From: Macrostomum lignano
Lineage: Eukaryota
DNA length: 64,000 nucleotides
Assembly (NCBI GenBank): GCA_002269645.1
Contig: NIVC01000149.1
Span: 248,001-312,000 of the forward strand
Reading direction: 5' to 3'
The notes under the pieces were generated by a model. The model did no database searches. It saw nothing but the letters and a program-made list of their open reading frames with translations, and was not told where the DNA came from. Made by a program: the position numbers and the translations under genes. Positions within the stretch are counted from its first letter, which is position 1; each line of letters starts with the position of its first letter. Below, one piece after another: positions 45,823 through 61,233 of the stretch.

Positions 45823-46547
45823 GCCAGCCAGGAGGCTTAGAAACTGCTGCTGAGTTCACCCGATTAGTCTGTGGCCCAATCTGACTCAGCCAGCGCCATC
45901 TCCGCGACGCTGTCTCTTCAAGAAACCGAATTCTGGCCGAAAGTCCAGCCTTACCAGTGTAGGGCTTTTTAAACACAAAAACACAAACAGGCCGAACCGA
46001 ACGGGACCTCCGCTCGCTGGGACCGGGCGGACACAGGCAGCAGCAGCCAATCCCACGAGACACCCTCCAGCGACCGGCCTCGCCGCGGCGTATGGACCAT
46101 TTCCACCGCCTGTCGATTACCCCCGCCTCAAGGCTTGTTCGCTCCCCATCAATCCAATCCATCTCCATCAACTGCCGCCTCCCACTCCTCCCTTGCTCAC
46201 CCGCCTTCTCTGTTTCACATCTCCCAGTCTGTGTCGCTAGGGGGCTGTGGATGACGCTCCCCGTATGGATTTCTGTCCGGGGCCTCTCCGCCTCATCTGC
46301 CTTCTCCTCCTGGCGCCCCCTGCTTTTCCCATCTCTGTTGATCTGCCGTCTCGGCAGTTCGGGCGGGGCGGGGGTGACAGCAGGTGGCGAAGGTGGCAGC
46401 CTTGAAGAGTTTTTGCACTTCATTGCTTTCAGTAGCACTTACGGATGACAGTGCTTGCTGCAAGGCGCTTGTGGATGCTCCCTTGTGTTTAAAATTTTCT
46501 GCTTTAAAATTTTTAACAACACGGGTGCTTTGAACAGCCCATCTTAA

Positions 46548-47335
46548 GGTATTGAAAGCAATGGGTCATTGCAGCCATGATGCACTGAAAGCAATGGTCA
46601 TTGCAGCCATGATGCACTGAAAGCAATGGTCATTGCAGCCATGATGCACTGAAAGCAATGGTCATTGCAGCCATGATGCACTGAAAGCAATGGGTCACTG
46701 CAGCCATGATGCAATTGAAAGCAATGGGTCACTGCAGCCATGATGCACTGAAAGCAATGGGTCATTGCAGCCATGATGCACTGAAAGTAATGGGTCACTG
46801 CAGCCATGATGCACTGAAAGTAATGGGTCACTGCAGCCATGATGCACTGAAAGCAATGGTCATTGCAGCCATGATGCACTGAAAGCAATGGTCATTGCAG
46901 CCATGATGCACTGAAAGCAATGGTCATTGCAGCCATGATGCACTGAAAGCAATGGGTCACTGCAGCCATGATGCAATTGAAAGCAATGGGTCACTGCAGC
47001 CATGATGCAATTGAAAGCAATGGGTCACTGCAGCCATGATGCACTGAAAGTAATGGGTCACTGCAGCCATGATGCACTGAAAGCAATGGGTCACTGCAGC
47101 CATGATGCACTGAAAGCAATGGGTCACTGCAGCCATGATGCAATTGAAAGCAATGGGTCACTGCAGCCATGATGCAATTGAAAGCAATGGGTCATTGCAG
47201 CCATGATGCACTGAAAGTAATGGGTCACTGCAGCCATGATGCACTGAAAGCAATGGGTCACTGCAGCCATGATGCACTCACTGAAAGCAATGGGTCACTG
47301 CAGCCATGATGCACTGAAAGCAATGGGCCACTGCA
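46548..47335. repeat. 32/33-bp minisatellite (tgggtcactgcagccatgatgcactgaaagcaa), ~24 copies
   Basis: Tandem array upstream of the Nav first coding exon. Confidence 0.95.
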
Positions 47336-48832
47336 GATCCCGAAGCACCGCAGAGGCCATACCAAGGCAGCTCATTAATTTCACAGAATCCGCAGTCCCC
47401 CGAGAAGCCAAGAAATTAGTATTAATTGCAGCCATTATTACCTCTATAAAATTAATCACATTTAAGTGGCCATTTTTGGCGAGCTTCTGACCCCTTCAGG
47501 ATCTCCCCATTTCTATCACTCGATCATCTCGTCCAGTGGAATGAGACGGGCCTCCTCCAGTTCTGAGCAACTCCCTAAGCAATCCGTGAGCCATCTGCCT
47601 GCCTGTCCCGAGTGCATGCAGCATCTGGCAGATGGAAACGCAGAGGCGATGCAGGAAGCTGGGTCTGCAGTTACTGAGCTGAGCACTTTCCCTCCTCCAT
47701 TTTTTATTTTAGGCCAATCTTCGAGCGTCTCCTCTTCCCCAAGTCCCGCCAGATTAAAAATTCGAATCCCCTTCGCTCAATGATGGCCAGATATTGCTAT
47801 TGTTATAAAAAATGTACTTTTAGCTGCCCGGCATTCCATTGATTGACGCCGTAATCGGGGGTTGAGACGGAACTAAGCACGGAGTTGGCCTCCATTGGCA
47901 GTCTGCATGCGGCCTTCAATCCCAATTAAAAAGGATGCAATTCAAAACCAAGTAAAAGTGGATAAATTTTGAGTTTAACCCATGGCGGGCCGCGGCAGTG
48001 ATGAAGTTGACAGCTGTGAATGACAACAAGAGTGGCGGTCGAAGAATGCGGGTTCACCGGGTGCTGTCGCTCTCGTCAAGCTCGGCAACCCCGCTAGCAA
48101 AGCCGACGCCAGACACGCAGCCAGCGCCGAACTTGTCGATTTTGACTACTGAATAATTTACGCCGACAAATATAAAGTGGAACTGATTGAGGAGGGAAAT
48201 ATCGTCCTCATCAAACTACTTATAGTAGAACTGCATATTTCTACTACAGAAAAAAACGAAATGCTAAAATATAAAAAAATGTCAAGATTCTGACCAGAGA
48301 GAGTGCGCTGAGAGCGACAGAGGAAGAGAGGAGGATCAAGGAGGCAGGTGCGCTGCGGCACAATGGGAGAGTGCACAGCATCCGCGCCAAGTCTCATCTT
48401 TCTCAGCTGAGCTCAGCCCAAGCAAGATTGGAGGCCGCCGTGCATTATTGAATAGCCCCCTGCTGGCTGAGAATCTGTACTAAAGTTCTAAGGCCTCAAG
48501 CAGCTACATATATCGGCAGGGTAAATCCTTCAGCTGCGACCTGTCTCCCCTGCCCAAGAATTTTGGAGGCTTGCAGATTCTCCTCTCTGGGGGGGGGAGA
48601 GGCAAAGCCATAAAGTCATAAAAAGTAGTCCGTTGTCAATGGCAACGACCCACGCCCATGCCGGACTGGGAGAGGTGGCACGGGCCTGTCGGAGCGGAGC
48701 TGGGGGCAGGCGGGGCGGGGGGAGGCTGCAGTATTAATATCACCTGGGCTGCCCGCGCCTCTTCCATTCATTGAGCAGCAGCAACTGCCTGCTAGGCTTT
48801 AGCATCTGTCAACTCCAACCCCAAGCGCCGAC

Positions 48833-49683
48833 ATGTTCACAGACGACGACGCCGAGATGCAGGCGCGAATCCGGCAGGCCCTGAGGTCGCAGCTGGTCAG
48901 CACCTACGGCAGCGACTTTCTGTCGCCGGAGGCCTGCCGCGAGAAGGCGGCGGAGCTGCGCAGTCAGCAGACGACAACCCGGGGAGCGCAGCGGCAGCCG
49001 GATGGCAGCGTGATGCGAACCGACTACCGGAACTTCGGGGACCGGCCACGGGAGCTGGTGAACTCGAAAACCCGGTGAGAAAACTCCGAAAAGCTGCAGG
49101 CCCCCTTAGTCGAATTGCCGATATGTAGCGAAAAAAACTTTGTAAAGCGTAAATTCAAAGGAGCTTTAAAGTTGCAGGGATGGCAGCCTGGATGGAGCCC
49201 CCCCCCGAGTCGAATTGCCGATATGTAGCGAAAAAAAACTTTGCAAAGCGTAAATTCAAAGGAGCTTTAAAGTTTCAGGGATGGCAGCCAGGAAGGAGCC
49301 CCAAGGAGCCTCAAGGATTCAAAGTAGTCCTTGAGAATACCTTCTTCAGCATGATTGTTGCGTAAAAATGCGCCTAGGTCCCTTGTTAATTTTTTTTAAC
49401 TGCTATCTAATTGGTTTTCCAATCCATTCCCATCAGCTTCGGCGCCAGGGACAGCCAGGTGCCCAGATACCAGAGCGGAGTGCTGCCCAAGGAGGCGGTG
49501 AGCGCGGCTTACCTGAGCGGCCCCGGCGCGGCGGGAGACGCGGCCACCACCTACAAGGAGGAGATCAGCGGGCCGGGCGGGGCGCGCGTGGCGTCCGGCG
49601 GCCAGCAGCAGCAGCGGGAGCCGCAGCCGCGCCGCTGGAAGCAGGCCCAGTGGGAGGGTCCGGTGGGCCCAGTGAAAAACTGA
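48833..49683 (+). CDS. TEX26-like / ciliary microtubule-inner-protein-like, 2 visible exons (~162 aa; possibly 5'-incomplete)
   Basis: Exons 48833-49074 (CG|gtgaga) and 49437-49683 (catcag|C TTC, TGA), phase 2, GC3-rich. Motifs RQALRSQLVSTYGSDF, MRTDYR, RFGARDSQVPRYQSGVLP and TTYKEE recall the C-terminal half of TEX26. An in-frame acceptor at 48802 suggests upstream exons. Confidence 0.6.
49095..49295. repeat. ~100-bp tandem duplication in the intron
   Basis: agtcgaattgccgatatgtagcgaaaaaaactttg...cagggatggcagcc occurs twice. Confidence 0.85.
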
Positions 49684-50457
49684 CGCACTGACTGACCGGC
49701 CCTGCTGACAGACTTTATCTGACGTTTTCTCAATTCCTTGCTTCCGTCTTTCCTTGCCCTGTCGCCTTGCGCTTTTTTTAAAAATCAAGTCTTCTAGGAG
49801 AGGAAACCAGTTGATGGGCACCAGAAAAGCAATATTAAAACCTTTTAGCTCGTAGCATTGAAAATCAATCCTATATACTATAAGTAAAACGCAGCGGAAG
49901 AATTATTGAAATATAAAAAATTCCTACAAATGAAATACTACTAAAAGTAACAAAGATTGCTTAAAATTTTGCAAGTTTTATTTTGTTTAAATTTTTACTC
50001 ACTTGCTCTGACTGTTTTCCGATTGCTTTAAACTTGTTTATTGGCTCATTCGCCTCCCCCTGGAAAATTGTTTTGAGTAGTCATTAAAATCATTTGCCAG
50101 TAAAGCGGCATATTGTACTACAGTAGTATATTATGGCTAGTACTCGTATATTTATAACGGAAGAAAACAAAGAGTTGAATAGAAATTATTGCTCAAATAT
50201 TTGTTACAAAAATAATTAGGGAAGCGTGAACTGATTATTTAAAGACAATAAATTTCCTAGCAAGATGATAGTTCTATCATAGCAGAAAGACGAGATCAAT
50301 AAATTAGAGTGACAGGCTCCTACTGATTACTTTAAGTAGTTGGAAATACATTTTTAGAAATTCTAACAGTTGTACATGTAGTTGAGAGTAACGGCCAGTC
50401 TGGCGAGTATAAACTGAGAAGGCGATGCTTGTTAATTTAAGACGTTTCTAAGAATCG

Positions 50458-52418
<1,961 letters not shown>

Positions 52419-52424
52419 GATTTT

Positions 52425-52742
52425 CTGCTGTGGCTGCTGCTCTGGGGTGTCCGGTGCTGTGGCTGCTCTGGGGTGTCCGGTGCTGTGGCTGCTGCTCTGG
52501 GGTGTCCGGTGCTGTGGCTGCTGCTCTGGGGTGTCCGGTGCTGTGGCTGCTGCTCTGGGGTGTCCGGTGCTGGCTGCTCTGGGGTGTCCGGGGCTGTGGC
52601 TGCTCTGGGGTGTCCGGTGCTGGCTGCTCTGGGGTGTCCGGTGCTGCAGCTGCTCTGGGGTGTCCGGTGCTGTGGCTGCTGCTCTGGGGTGTCCGGTGCT
52701 GTGGCTGCTGCTCTGGGGTGTCCGGTGCTGTGGCTGCTGCTC
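52425..52742. repeat. 29/26/23-bp minisatellite (ggggtgtccggtgctgtggctgctgctct)
   Basis: Immediately upstream of the CCDC177-like ATG. Confidence 0.92.
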
Positions 52743-53468
52743 CTGCACTCTTGGCTATCTATCTGCTATTGTTTGTGCCGCAGCTTCTCTACTGCATAGC
52801 CTGGCTTAATAAACGAAAGGTGAGAAACTGGACTCACTCTCTCAAAGAAGACTCTTGCTTTCGTCAGATTTGGCCTCGCATCTTTCTTCTATAAGGTAGC
52901 CGCAGATATATAGAGAAGAGTGTAGCGGGGTTGGGCTAAAGCACTTGGCAAACAGAACAATTTGCAGGGTAAGTGCAGTCAGATGGAGAAAAGACTGGCT
53001 ATGCAGAGGTAGGAGAGACAGAGAGAGCTCAGCGATATTGTCAGGCCTAGGGCTGGGGCCGCGGTTGGTTGAAAACTCATAGCTCTGAGCATGTTCTCCA
53101 TTCTCAGCGTGAGCTCCAATGCGCACTGGCTTGTTCCTGGGGGCAGAGGATGAAGAGAGCTGCATGGCAGAGACGGGATAGCCAAGTAGGCAGGGAGAAG
53201 GAAGCTGGACTCAAAAGCAGAGGAATGCAATGCGATCACGGGGAAGCTGTAAAAGTCGTGTCCCAACTGTGTCAATAAAGTTTGCCGGGCCCAAAACCAG
53301 GAACCAGGGAACAGCTTTCAGTTCCGTAAATGATTCATAACTTCCTGATCGATCAGCAGTGCCAATGAGAAACGAATCAGCAGGCTGCATGATACTCTTC
53401 ATGTGTTGGCAGTGCTTACAGTTTACTGACTAATTTATATGCATTGCGCGCAGACCGGCCCCTCAGCT

Positions 53469-54308
53469 CAGGGGTATCGCCATAGATTTTATGATGGGGG
53501 ACAAAGCCAAGAATTATACATGACTAAATTCCTACATTATTTCGGGAATTGGTGCCGTTAGCACTCATTTTGGCGCCGCAGGCACTCATTTTAGCGCTGC
53601 AGGCACTTAATTCAGCGCCACAAGCACACATTTTGGCGCCGCAGACAGGCACTCATTTTGGCACCACAGACAGACACTCATTTGGCGCTGCAGACTCGAC
53701 AGTCATATGGCGCCACAGAAAGACACTCATTTGGTTCCGCAGACTTGACAGTCATATGGCGCCACAGACAGACACTCATTTGGCGCCGCAGACTCGACAG
53801 TCATATGGCGCCACAGACAGACACTCATTTGGCGCCGCAGACTCGACAGTCATATGGCGCCACAGACAGACACTCATTTGGCGCTGCAGACTCGACAGTC
53901 ATATGGCGCCACAGACAGACACTCATTTGGCGCCGCAGACTCGACAGTCATATGGCGCCACAGACAGACACTCATTTAGCGCCGCAGACAAATATTTTGG
54001 CGCCGCAGACTCGACAGTCATATGGCGCCACAGACAGACACTCATTTAGCGCCGCAGACAAATATTTTGGCGCCGCAGACTCGACAGTCATATGGCGCCA
54101 CAGACAGACACTCATTTGGTTCCGCAGACAAATATTTTGGCGCTGCAGACTCGACAATGATTTGGCGCCGAAAGCGCTTTATTTTAGCGCCCTGTTGCAA
54201 AATTATTGTTTTCATAACGGGTCACCAGGTAGGGGGTGGGGAAAAAATAGCTTTTACTGGGTGGACATGCCCCTCCACCCTGTCCCAACCCCGGTGGCGA
54301 CGCAACTG
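53469..54308. mobile_element. Non-autonomous hAT-like MITE with an internal satellite related to 2995-3925
   Basis: Perfect 8-bp direct repeat cctcagct at 53461-53468 and 54309-54316. CAG...CTG termini with imperfect TIRs (10/14). Internal gcactcattttggcgccgcag-derived array with a ~51-bp higher-order unit. Confidence 0.82.
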
Positions 54309-55926
54309 CCTCAGCTGTGAAACACCCAAGTGCCTAAAAACCCTCATCATGTTGGCCCTGTAGGATTGCAAGCAGACCGCAAGCTACAGTGTTGACACAA
54401 TCCAGTTAAACTTTCTAGCTTAGCACTTTTATATATAAAATTCGAGTTTTATTTATCATACGTCGAGCATCTTAATTTTAGAAATAGTTGACTTTAAAAC
54501 CATAATCATAATAATCATAATTAATTTATTTATTATTACAATTGAAATGGCAACAAATCTCTGAGCCACAGAATTCAAAATAACTAATATGTATATTTAC
54601 CATATAATATAGATATAGATATTCATCAATACCAGCATATGTACGCTCAGCACTCTAGCAAAGCAAAGGGGGGGAAAAGAAAATTGAGCAAAACTGATGA
54701 CAACACTTGAAGCTGTGCTGAAGACAAAAATTTGAGAACTTGTTAAGCACACAACCCGGCGCAGATGGCGAGGCCAAAAGGCAAACAGAAGCGGCTCCAC
54801 CCCTGGGTTTGAGTTTAACTGGAGAGGCCGGCTAAGGAAATTCAATAGCGTTGCAAGGGAAATTGCTGCGCCTAGTGTGTATAGTATTAGTAATGCATTT
54901 CTTGCATGCAAGGTCGAGCAGTCCGTGGTTCGAGTCCAACAACTGATAAACCAAAATCAATCAATTGCGATTCTCCTCACTGACTATTTGAAAAGTAGGC
55001 AAAACAGTAAACCATTAAACTTAGAAATAGTATGTGTGGAGGCAAGAATTTTCGTGAATTACTATTTATCGTGTTCTCCCGATATGTATAGAAAAACGAT
55101 ATAATTTCTCCGAGTAGGAAGGTTGAAAGGTCAGTGCCGCTATTGCCTATCATAGAATCAATAAGAAGCAAAGCAGAGCTGCAAAATAGCATCAAATATT
55201 GAGATTGTGGCAGTTTTACGACAAGCAAAGTTTAAATGACTACAGCATTTACTGTTTCAAGAGTTAAAATTGAAAGCCCTTGCTAGGTAGCACAGTTAAA
55301 GACAGCAAATAAAATGAATTTTTTATTGGAGTCTTCAAGCGAATAATGCAATAACAGCTATGCGAATTCAGTAAAATTCGAATAAAAATTCCCAGACTAT
55401 GACGTCATTGTCTAGAATGTACCAGCGCGTTTCGGTAATAATTTACTGATATTTCTACTTAGTCAGTAGTTGCCAATAGAAAAACTTTTTCTTGGAAAAT
55501 ATTTGAAGGCTATATTTGACTTAACTTTTCGCAAAGATCTTTTTAGGAAATCGTATAATTTTAATCCTTTCATCCAGCCCAGCTTAAGACAAATGGATGT
55601 CAACTGACCGTTCCGCCGACTCCCCTGAGCAGGCGCACACAATCGCGCGGATAACTTTATTAATCGTTAGGCATGTACACTTCACTGTGCCCTGGGAGTT
55701 GGCCCTCAAGGGTGTTAATTGCACGAGCAGAGAGCCAAGCCAAGATTCCAATTTAAAATTTATAACTAGACCGTGCTATTTTTGTCTAAAAATGAACTTC
55801 TTTATCTCGATTGCACTTTTTCACGCAAACCCCAGCCTTCAAAGATTTTCTAAGAACCGCATTTCCCCCTTCTTTTACAGTAAATAAGTGGCCATTGCCA
55901 CAAATGTGGTCAATTACAAAGCACGG

Positions 55927-56580
55927 TCAGACCCCCGCAGCCAGCTGCCTGGACATCCTGTCTGTCAACAGCTGATCCAACTGTCGCTCCCGACGCCGAA
56001 CGCAGCCAAATGCGATTAAGAATAGAAGCAGCGAAGCGCCCTGTGCGACAAAGAACTTCACCCGTTCACTGGCACTGTTAGCCGGCACCTTCGGCTGGCA
56101 GGAAATCCAGGCTGCTGGACAGCCGCTGGAGCCTCCAACGAGACGCTTGAAGCCGGTGTCAGCGCATGCGGCCGCCATGACGCTGCCGGCAGTCAGCTGA
56201 CTGGCGACCCGCTGCTCGAATTCGGTGCACGGCTGGCAGGCCTGGCTGGGATAGTCTGATGCAGCCTGTTGCTGCTGCAGCAATGCGGCGCAGCTTGGGG
56301 TTGCTGCGCTGTGTAAATTGCTTGATGCAGCAGGTGCCGATGCGGGGGAGACTGGCAGAGCAGCTGGCGGTCCAGCGTGCTGCTCATGCTGGTGCTGCAT
56401 CAGAGTGTCCTCAAGGTAGAGAACGGCAATGCAGAGTCTATGGACAAAATAGGTAAATTATACTTTGACTGAATTATTACTTAGATATATGATCGTATGC
56501 AAAAAAAGAGTTACTCACATCATTTTCATTAGACTACTAATAGTAGCCATCATAATTTTCTTAGTGCAGTACTCAATCAT
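55927..56580 (-). CDS. JTB: JTB (jumping translocation breakpoint) family protein, 2 exons, ~190 aa
   Basis: Exon 1 56580-56519 (MIEYCTKKIMM..., AT|gtgagt) joins exon 2 56437-55927 (catag|A CTC) in frame. The Cys pattern C...CQPCTEFE...CADTGF...SC, ERVKFF, a TM segment and RRRERQLD...RMSRQL match the recalled JTB family. Confidence 0.82.
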
Positions 56581-57663
56581 TTCTTTGCATGCAGTTTAAT
56601 TGTCCTGTCATAAAATAATGAGCAAAAAGGCATATTATAATTTTTAGTATTGTCATAGTACAAATAAAACCATTTGTTCTATTTGAGCACCTATACAATA
56701 CTAGCAATCATCACCCAAGCCCCCTATTGGGAAGGTAACAAAGAAAGGAATAAAAAATGAATAAACTACAGGTAGAGTTTGACCTTGTACAGTCACTAAA
56801 TAGTCTAATCATGCTTATTGGTCTAAGATATCAGAATCCCCTGTGAGCTTTGGCATCAAAGCCTCTTCTTAAGCATGACTTAACTTTAACTCACTTTGAT
56901 CTATCTTTAGCTTAGCTTAATAGCAACTCCCAATTGACTCTTGGCATCTCAGCAATCACCTCTCAGTCTATAAATGATGAGCTTGGTCATTATTTTAGTA
57001 TAAATACAAGCTCAACTGGCAACTTAGGCCTTTCAATTCTTTTTTCTTCAGTTTCCTTCTTTACTAACCATTCATTCAATTTTCAATAATAATTAATTGT
57101 CAATTTTGACAATTAGTCTAGATTCAAAATTGAATTAGTACATTTTTTCATAATTCTTATAATGAATTTGATGAAAAAACTGCTTGACCTTTGCAAATAG
57201 CACCTTTTCTTTTATTGAATCCCTTTAGCATTGATCTATTTATTACCTATAGCTATGATATATACACTATCAAATGAAAATTTCTAATTGGATAATGCAA
57301 GTTTTATGAAAAAATTGAGCCATTTTTATTCTAAAACCAATCATTGTAATAAATACAAATAAAAGATAAAATAAGCCGAATCATAAAAGATAAAACAAAA
57401 TTTGAATAAAATAACAATGAAAATATGCTATAATATTAGGCCTAATTCTATCAAGCTATATAAGCAATATCCCTATAGTTATTATAGTTATAGCCAATGG
57501 CCATTATCATAAACAATATTTAATGCAAATAGGTTCCAATCACTTTGTCAATTGCCAATAATCTATTATTAACTTATCTACTAAAATATACAAGGTAAAC
57601 TTATCTGCCAATAGGGCCTAACTTGTCTATTGCCAACTTGTCTACCAATAATACCAATTTCAA

Positions 57664-58019
57664 AGGGGGGCTGTTGCCCAGCAGTCTAGTGCAGGCTCTG
57701 GTGTGCTAGTGACCTTGGCTTGATTCCAAGTGTAGTCACATTAATTTGAGGCTGAATTGGAATCTTGGCTTGGCTCTGCTTGTGCAATTAATGGCCTTGA
57801 AAGCCAACCCCCAAGGCGCAGTGAAATGTATATGTCTAACAATAAAATAAAGTTAGGGCCACTGTATACTCCTGTGTGAGTGTGTGCCTGCGTACATATC
57901 TGCATGCTTGTATGCCTGCTTAGGGGACTAGGGAGTCGGCAGTAATGCCTCTTGCTAGTTGTGTGCCTATGTTGCTTAAAGTGTGCCAGGGTGCATACAA
58001 CCCCTGCCTCTAATTAAAA
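57664..58019 (+). mobile_element. Decayed tRNA-derived SINE
   Basis: 13-bp TSD ataccaatttcaa at 57651-57663 and 58020-58032. A-box-like ttgcccagcag, B-box-like ggcttgattcc, and an A-rich 3' end. Confidence 0.75.
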
Positions 58020-58106
58020 ATACCAATTTCAAGAACTTGTGCATTTTTGGATTTTCAGAAATATTGTTTAAAACATTTTAATTAGGCCTATAATTAAATA
58101 TGAATT

Positions 58107-59555
58107 GGCAGTGCTTATTTAGCCGGCACCGGCCAAATAAGTTTGCTACTATTTAGCTGGCAGTCCTGCCCCATTGCCGGTCAAATAAGCTCGTCACTAT
58201 TTAGCTGGCAGTCTTGCCCCATTGCCGATCAAATAAGCTCGTCACTATTTAGCCGGCAGTCCTGCCCTACTGCCAGTCAAATAAGCTTGTCACTATTTAG
58301 CCGGCAATCCTAGCCCCCAATGGCCACGCCATTATATATATGGCAATGCTTATCCTCACGGTACCATAGGAATAATTTTTGTCTTATTCCACCTATACCA
58401 TGGGGATAATTTTCTGCTTATCCGCACGGCACATAGACGAGATAGCTGCCCCATCTTCTACATATGCCGTGGGAATAATTTTCTGCTTATCCGCACGGCA
58501 CATAGACGAGATAGCTGCCCCATCTTCTACATATGCCATGGGAATAATTTTCTGCTTATCCGCACGGGTGAATTGTTGAAGCAATGCAATAATCTATACA
58601 AACAAATTGAGAACTTACATGTCTAGTAAGAAGTCTACAGAAGCAGCAGCAATGGACTTTTCGGGGATATTGGGATTAGACTAGTTGCTAAAAGTTTTTA
58701 AATTGTAAACAATTACTAGAGCAATTCATCTTAAATCATACGTCATAAATACAAAAAAGTGTTTTTTTGCGTAAAAAGGCCATTAAATCTTTACTTCTAT
58801 AAAAATAATGGCCAAGCAAAGTTATGTTGTTATACTGCACTCAAACTGTAAGTACTAAACTAAATTATGAACCCACGGCATATGTAGAAGATGGGGCAGC
58901 TATCTCGTCTATGTGCCGTGCGGATAAGCAGAAAATTATCCCCACGGTACCGTTGGAATAAGACAAAAATTATTCCTACGGTACTGTGGGGATAAGCACT
59001 GCCTTAATTTATTCAAGATATTTAAACTTTGGGCAATACAAAGTAGGTATAGCAAATATAAATCAATGCAGATTCAGTACAATTTATTACTTGCCTTCAA
59101 GTTTGTTTAATTGTTTCAATGTTTCTGGAAGTCTTGCATATTTCGGAAATTATTTGTACACAATTGTAGCAGCAGAAGAGTGAAGACACACAAACAAATT
59201 AAAAATTAATCATGCATGTTTTACTTTCACTTTAATCTCTAAATCAAAAACACTCATTAAAGCCAAAAAACCACTGCAAACACCTTTATTGAAAAACTCC
59301 AAAATTGTAGTATAAATAATTAGCTCGTAGTATGTTAAATTATTAATTTAAGGTCATGATGAGCAGTGCGCAGTTATAAAATGTATTTTGACCAGCGTGG
59401 CCATTGGGGGCCAGGATTGCCGGCTAAATAGTGATGAGCTTATTTGACCAGCAGTGGGGCAGGACTGCTGGCTAAATAGTGACAAGCTTATTTGACCAGT
59501 GCCAGCTAAATAGTAGCGAACTTATTTAACCGGTGCCGGCTAAATAAGCACTGCC
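58107..59555. mobile_element. Mutator-type non-autonomous foldback element with nested inner inverted repeats
   Basis: 9-bp TSD atatgaatt at 58098-58106 and 59556-59564. Long TIRs ggcagtgcttatttagccgg... (58107-58330 vs 59395-59555). Inner IR pair at 58342-58570 and 58870-59003. Confidence 0.85.
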
Positions 59556-60672
59556 ATATGAATTATTATTAATAATTATTAATTAATAATTCACATAATA
59601 TAATAAAACAATTAAATAATTAAAATAAAAGGGGTATCCAGCATGGTTCAGACCTTGGTTGCAATAGGTATCTATGTCTGAGCCTGTGAAAGGATCAAAG
59701 TTTGCCTATGCACTTAAAAACAAATCAATAATTTTTTAGTCAGGATGGTAGGTAACTTAACTTGTCTGCACTGGAAAAACCTGCTTAGGAAAATTCCCAG
59801 AAAACAGCATTAGAGGAAATCTAGAGAATAGATACTTTAGATTATTCTATATTCTAGAAGACACTAGAAAAATAATAATTTTATATTGCAGCATGCTTAG
59901 CTTAACAGGCTTAAGAATCATAAAAAATTTAAGTTGCGAAAAGTTAAAAAAATACTCTTTATTCATAAAAATAAAAAAAATAGCTTTAGCCTGTGAAATA
60001 GCTTTATTATGTTTTGTTTTATGCAGTTATATGTGTCGGCACGATTTCAAGTTCAACGAAACCCGAGGTGAATCTTAAACAGAGTTCACTCAGTCACTCA
60101 CCTGATCGACAGACGAAGCAAGAGCCAAGTAGGCTTATTATTATCATATTACTAGCTAGCTTATTACTTACTAGCCGGAGTATATATGAACATTATTTTA
60201 GACGCGCTCCTGTGTAGTCCTGAGCAGTTTTGTTGTATTATATGTTCTTAAACTCCCAACGTCGTGACAACGTTCCAAGATAGCTGCAACTGCAAGCAAT
60301 TTTTTGTGCTTGTGTTACATGTTGACAGCATTACTAGGCCTAGTAAAATGGTCATGGAAGTCAAATTCGGATTTTCTGCTGTTGTATTTGTCTACATCAA
60401 GTAATAAATTCTGATTTAAAAGTACTGGTTTAAATTATTTTCAATAACAATGTGTTAAAGTCAAAGAGATCATGTGAAGTCTAAATATCATTTAGTACCA
60501 ATCATAATCAGACCTCCAGAAAGATATTTAAAGTTATTTCTAGTATTTTTCCATTCCATTTGTTAAATATTTCTTGAATATTAGAATAGTAATAAACAAG
60601 TTGAATAGGCCTACATTTTTCATCTTGAATTTTTGACATATGATATATAATCCTTTTGCCTATTGCATTAGG

Positions 60673-61233
60673 TGGATGCCCGTCAAAACAGCCACATGCG
60701 GAATGGCCACACGACAAAACGGCCACACTGTCAAAATGGCCACATAAAACAAAAAGGGTTGCAGATCAACTTTGTTCTATTCGTTATGTTAAGGAAGCTT
60801 CGTTATATTAATTATTTTTAGCTTTGGTACTTGCATCAGCATCAAAATGCAAAAGAAGTGAATGCATTGAGATATTGTGAAATTTATGTAGGCCGAAAAG
60901 GATCCAAAAAGGAAGCACCAGAGAAGCGAAGACAAAATTGTATTTTATGGAGCAACCAACAGTTATGCAAATTTTTAAAATATGCTAAAATAGTTATGTA
61001 AGAAAGTTAAAAAATGCTAAAATGGTTCACAAAGTATCACAAAGTAAAATTTACCACAAAAGTTAAAAAGTTAAGAGCTTAAATGTCACTCAAAGCTGCA
61101 CTAAAAAATTCCTGTTGCAATCATCTCCAGCAGCATTATTACATTGTGTGGCCATTTTGTCGTGTGGTCGTTTTGACGGTATGGCCATTTTGTCGTGTGG
61201 CTGTTCCACGTGTGGCCGTTTTGATGGCACCCC
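60673..61233. mobile_element. MITE-like element with subrepeated inverted ends (aaaacggccacac motifs)
   Basis: 60673-60745 is the approximate reverse complement of 61146-61233. No TSD was identified. Confidence 0.55.

Noticed and set aside
52419-52748. In-frame repeat extension of the CCDC177-like N-terminus
   Set aside because: The 29-bp unit is not a multiple of 3, is open in all frames by composition, and starts at GTG rather than ATG.
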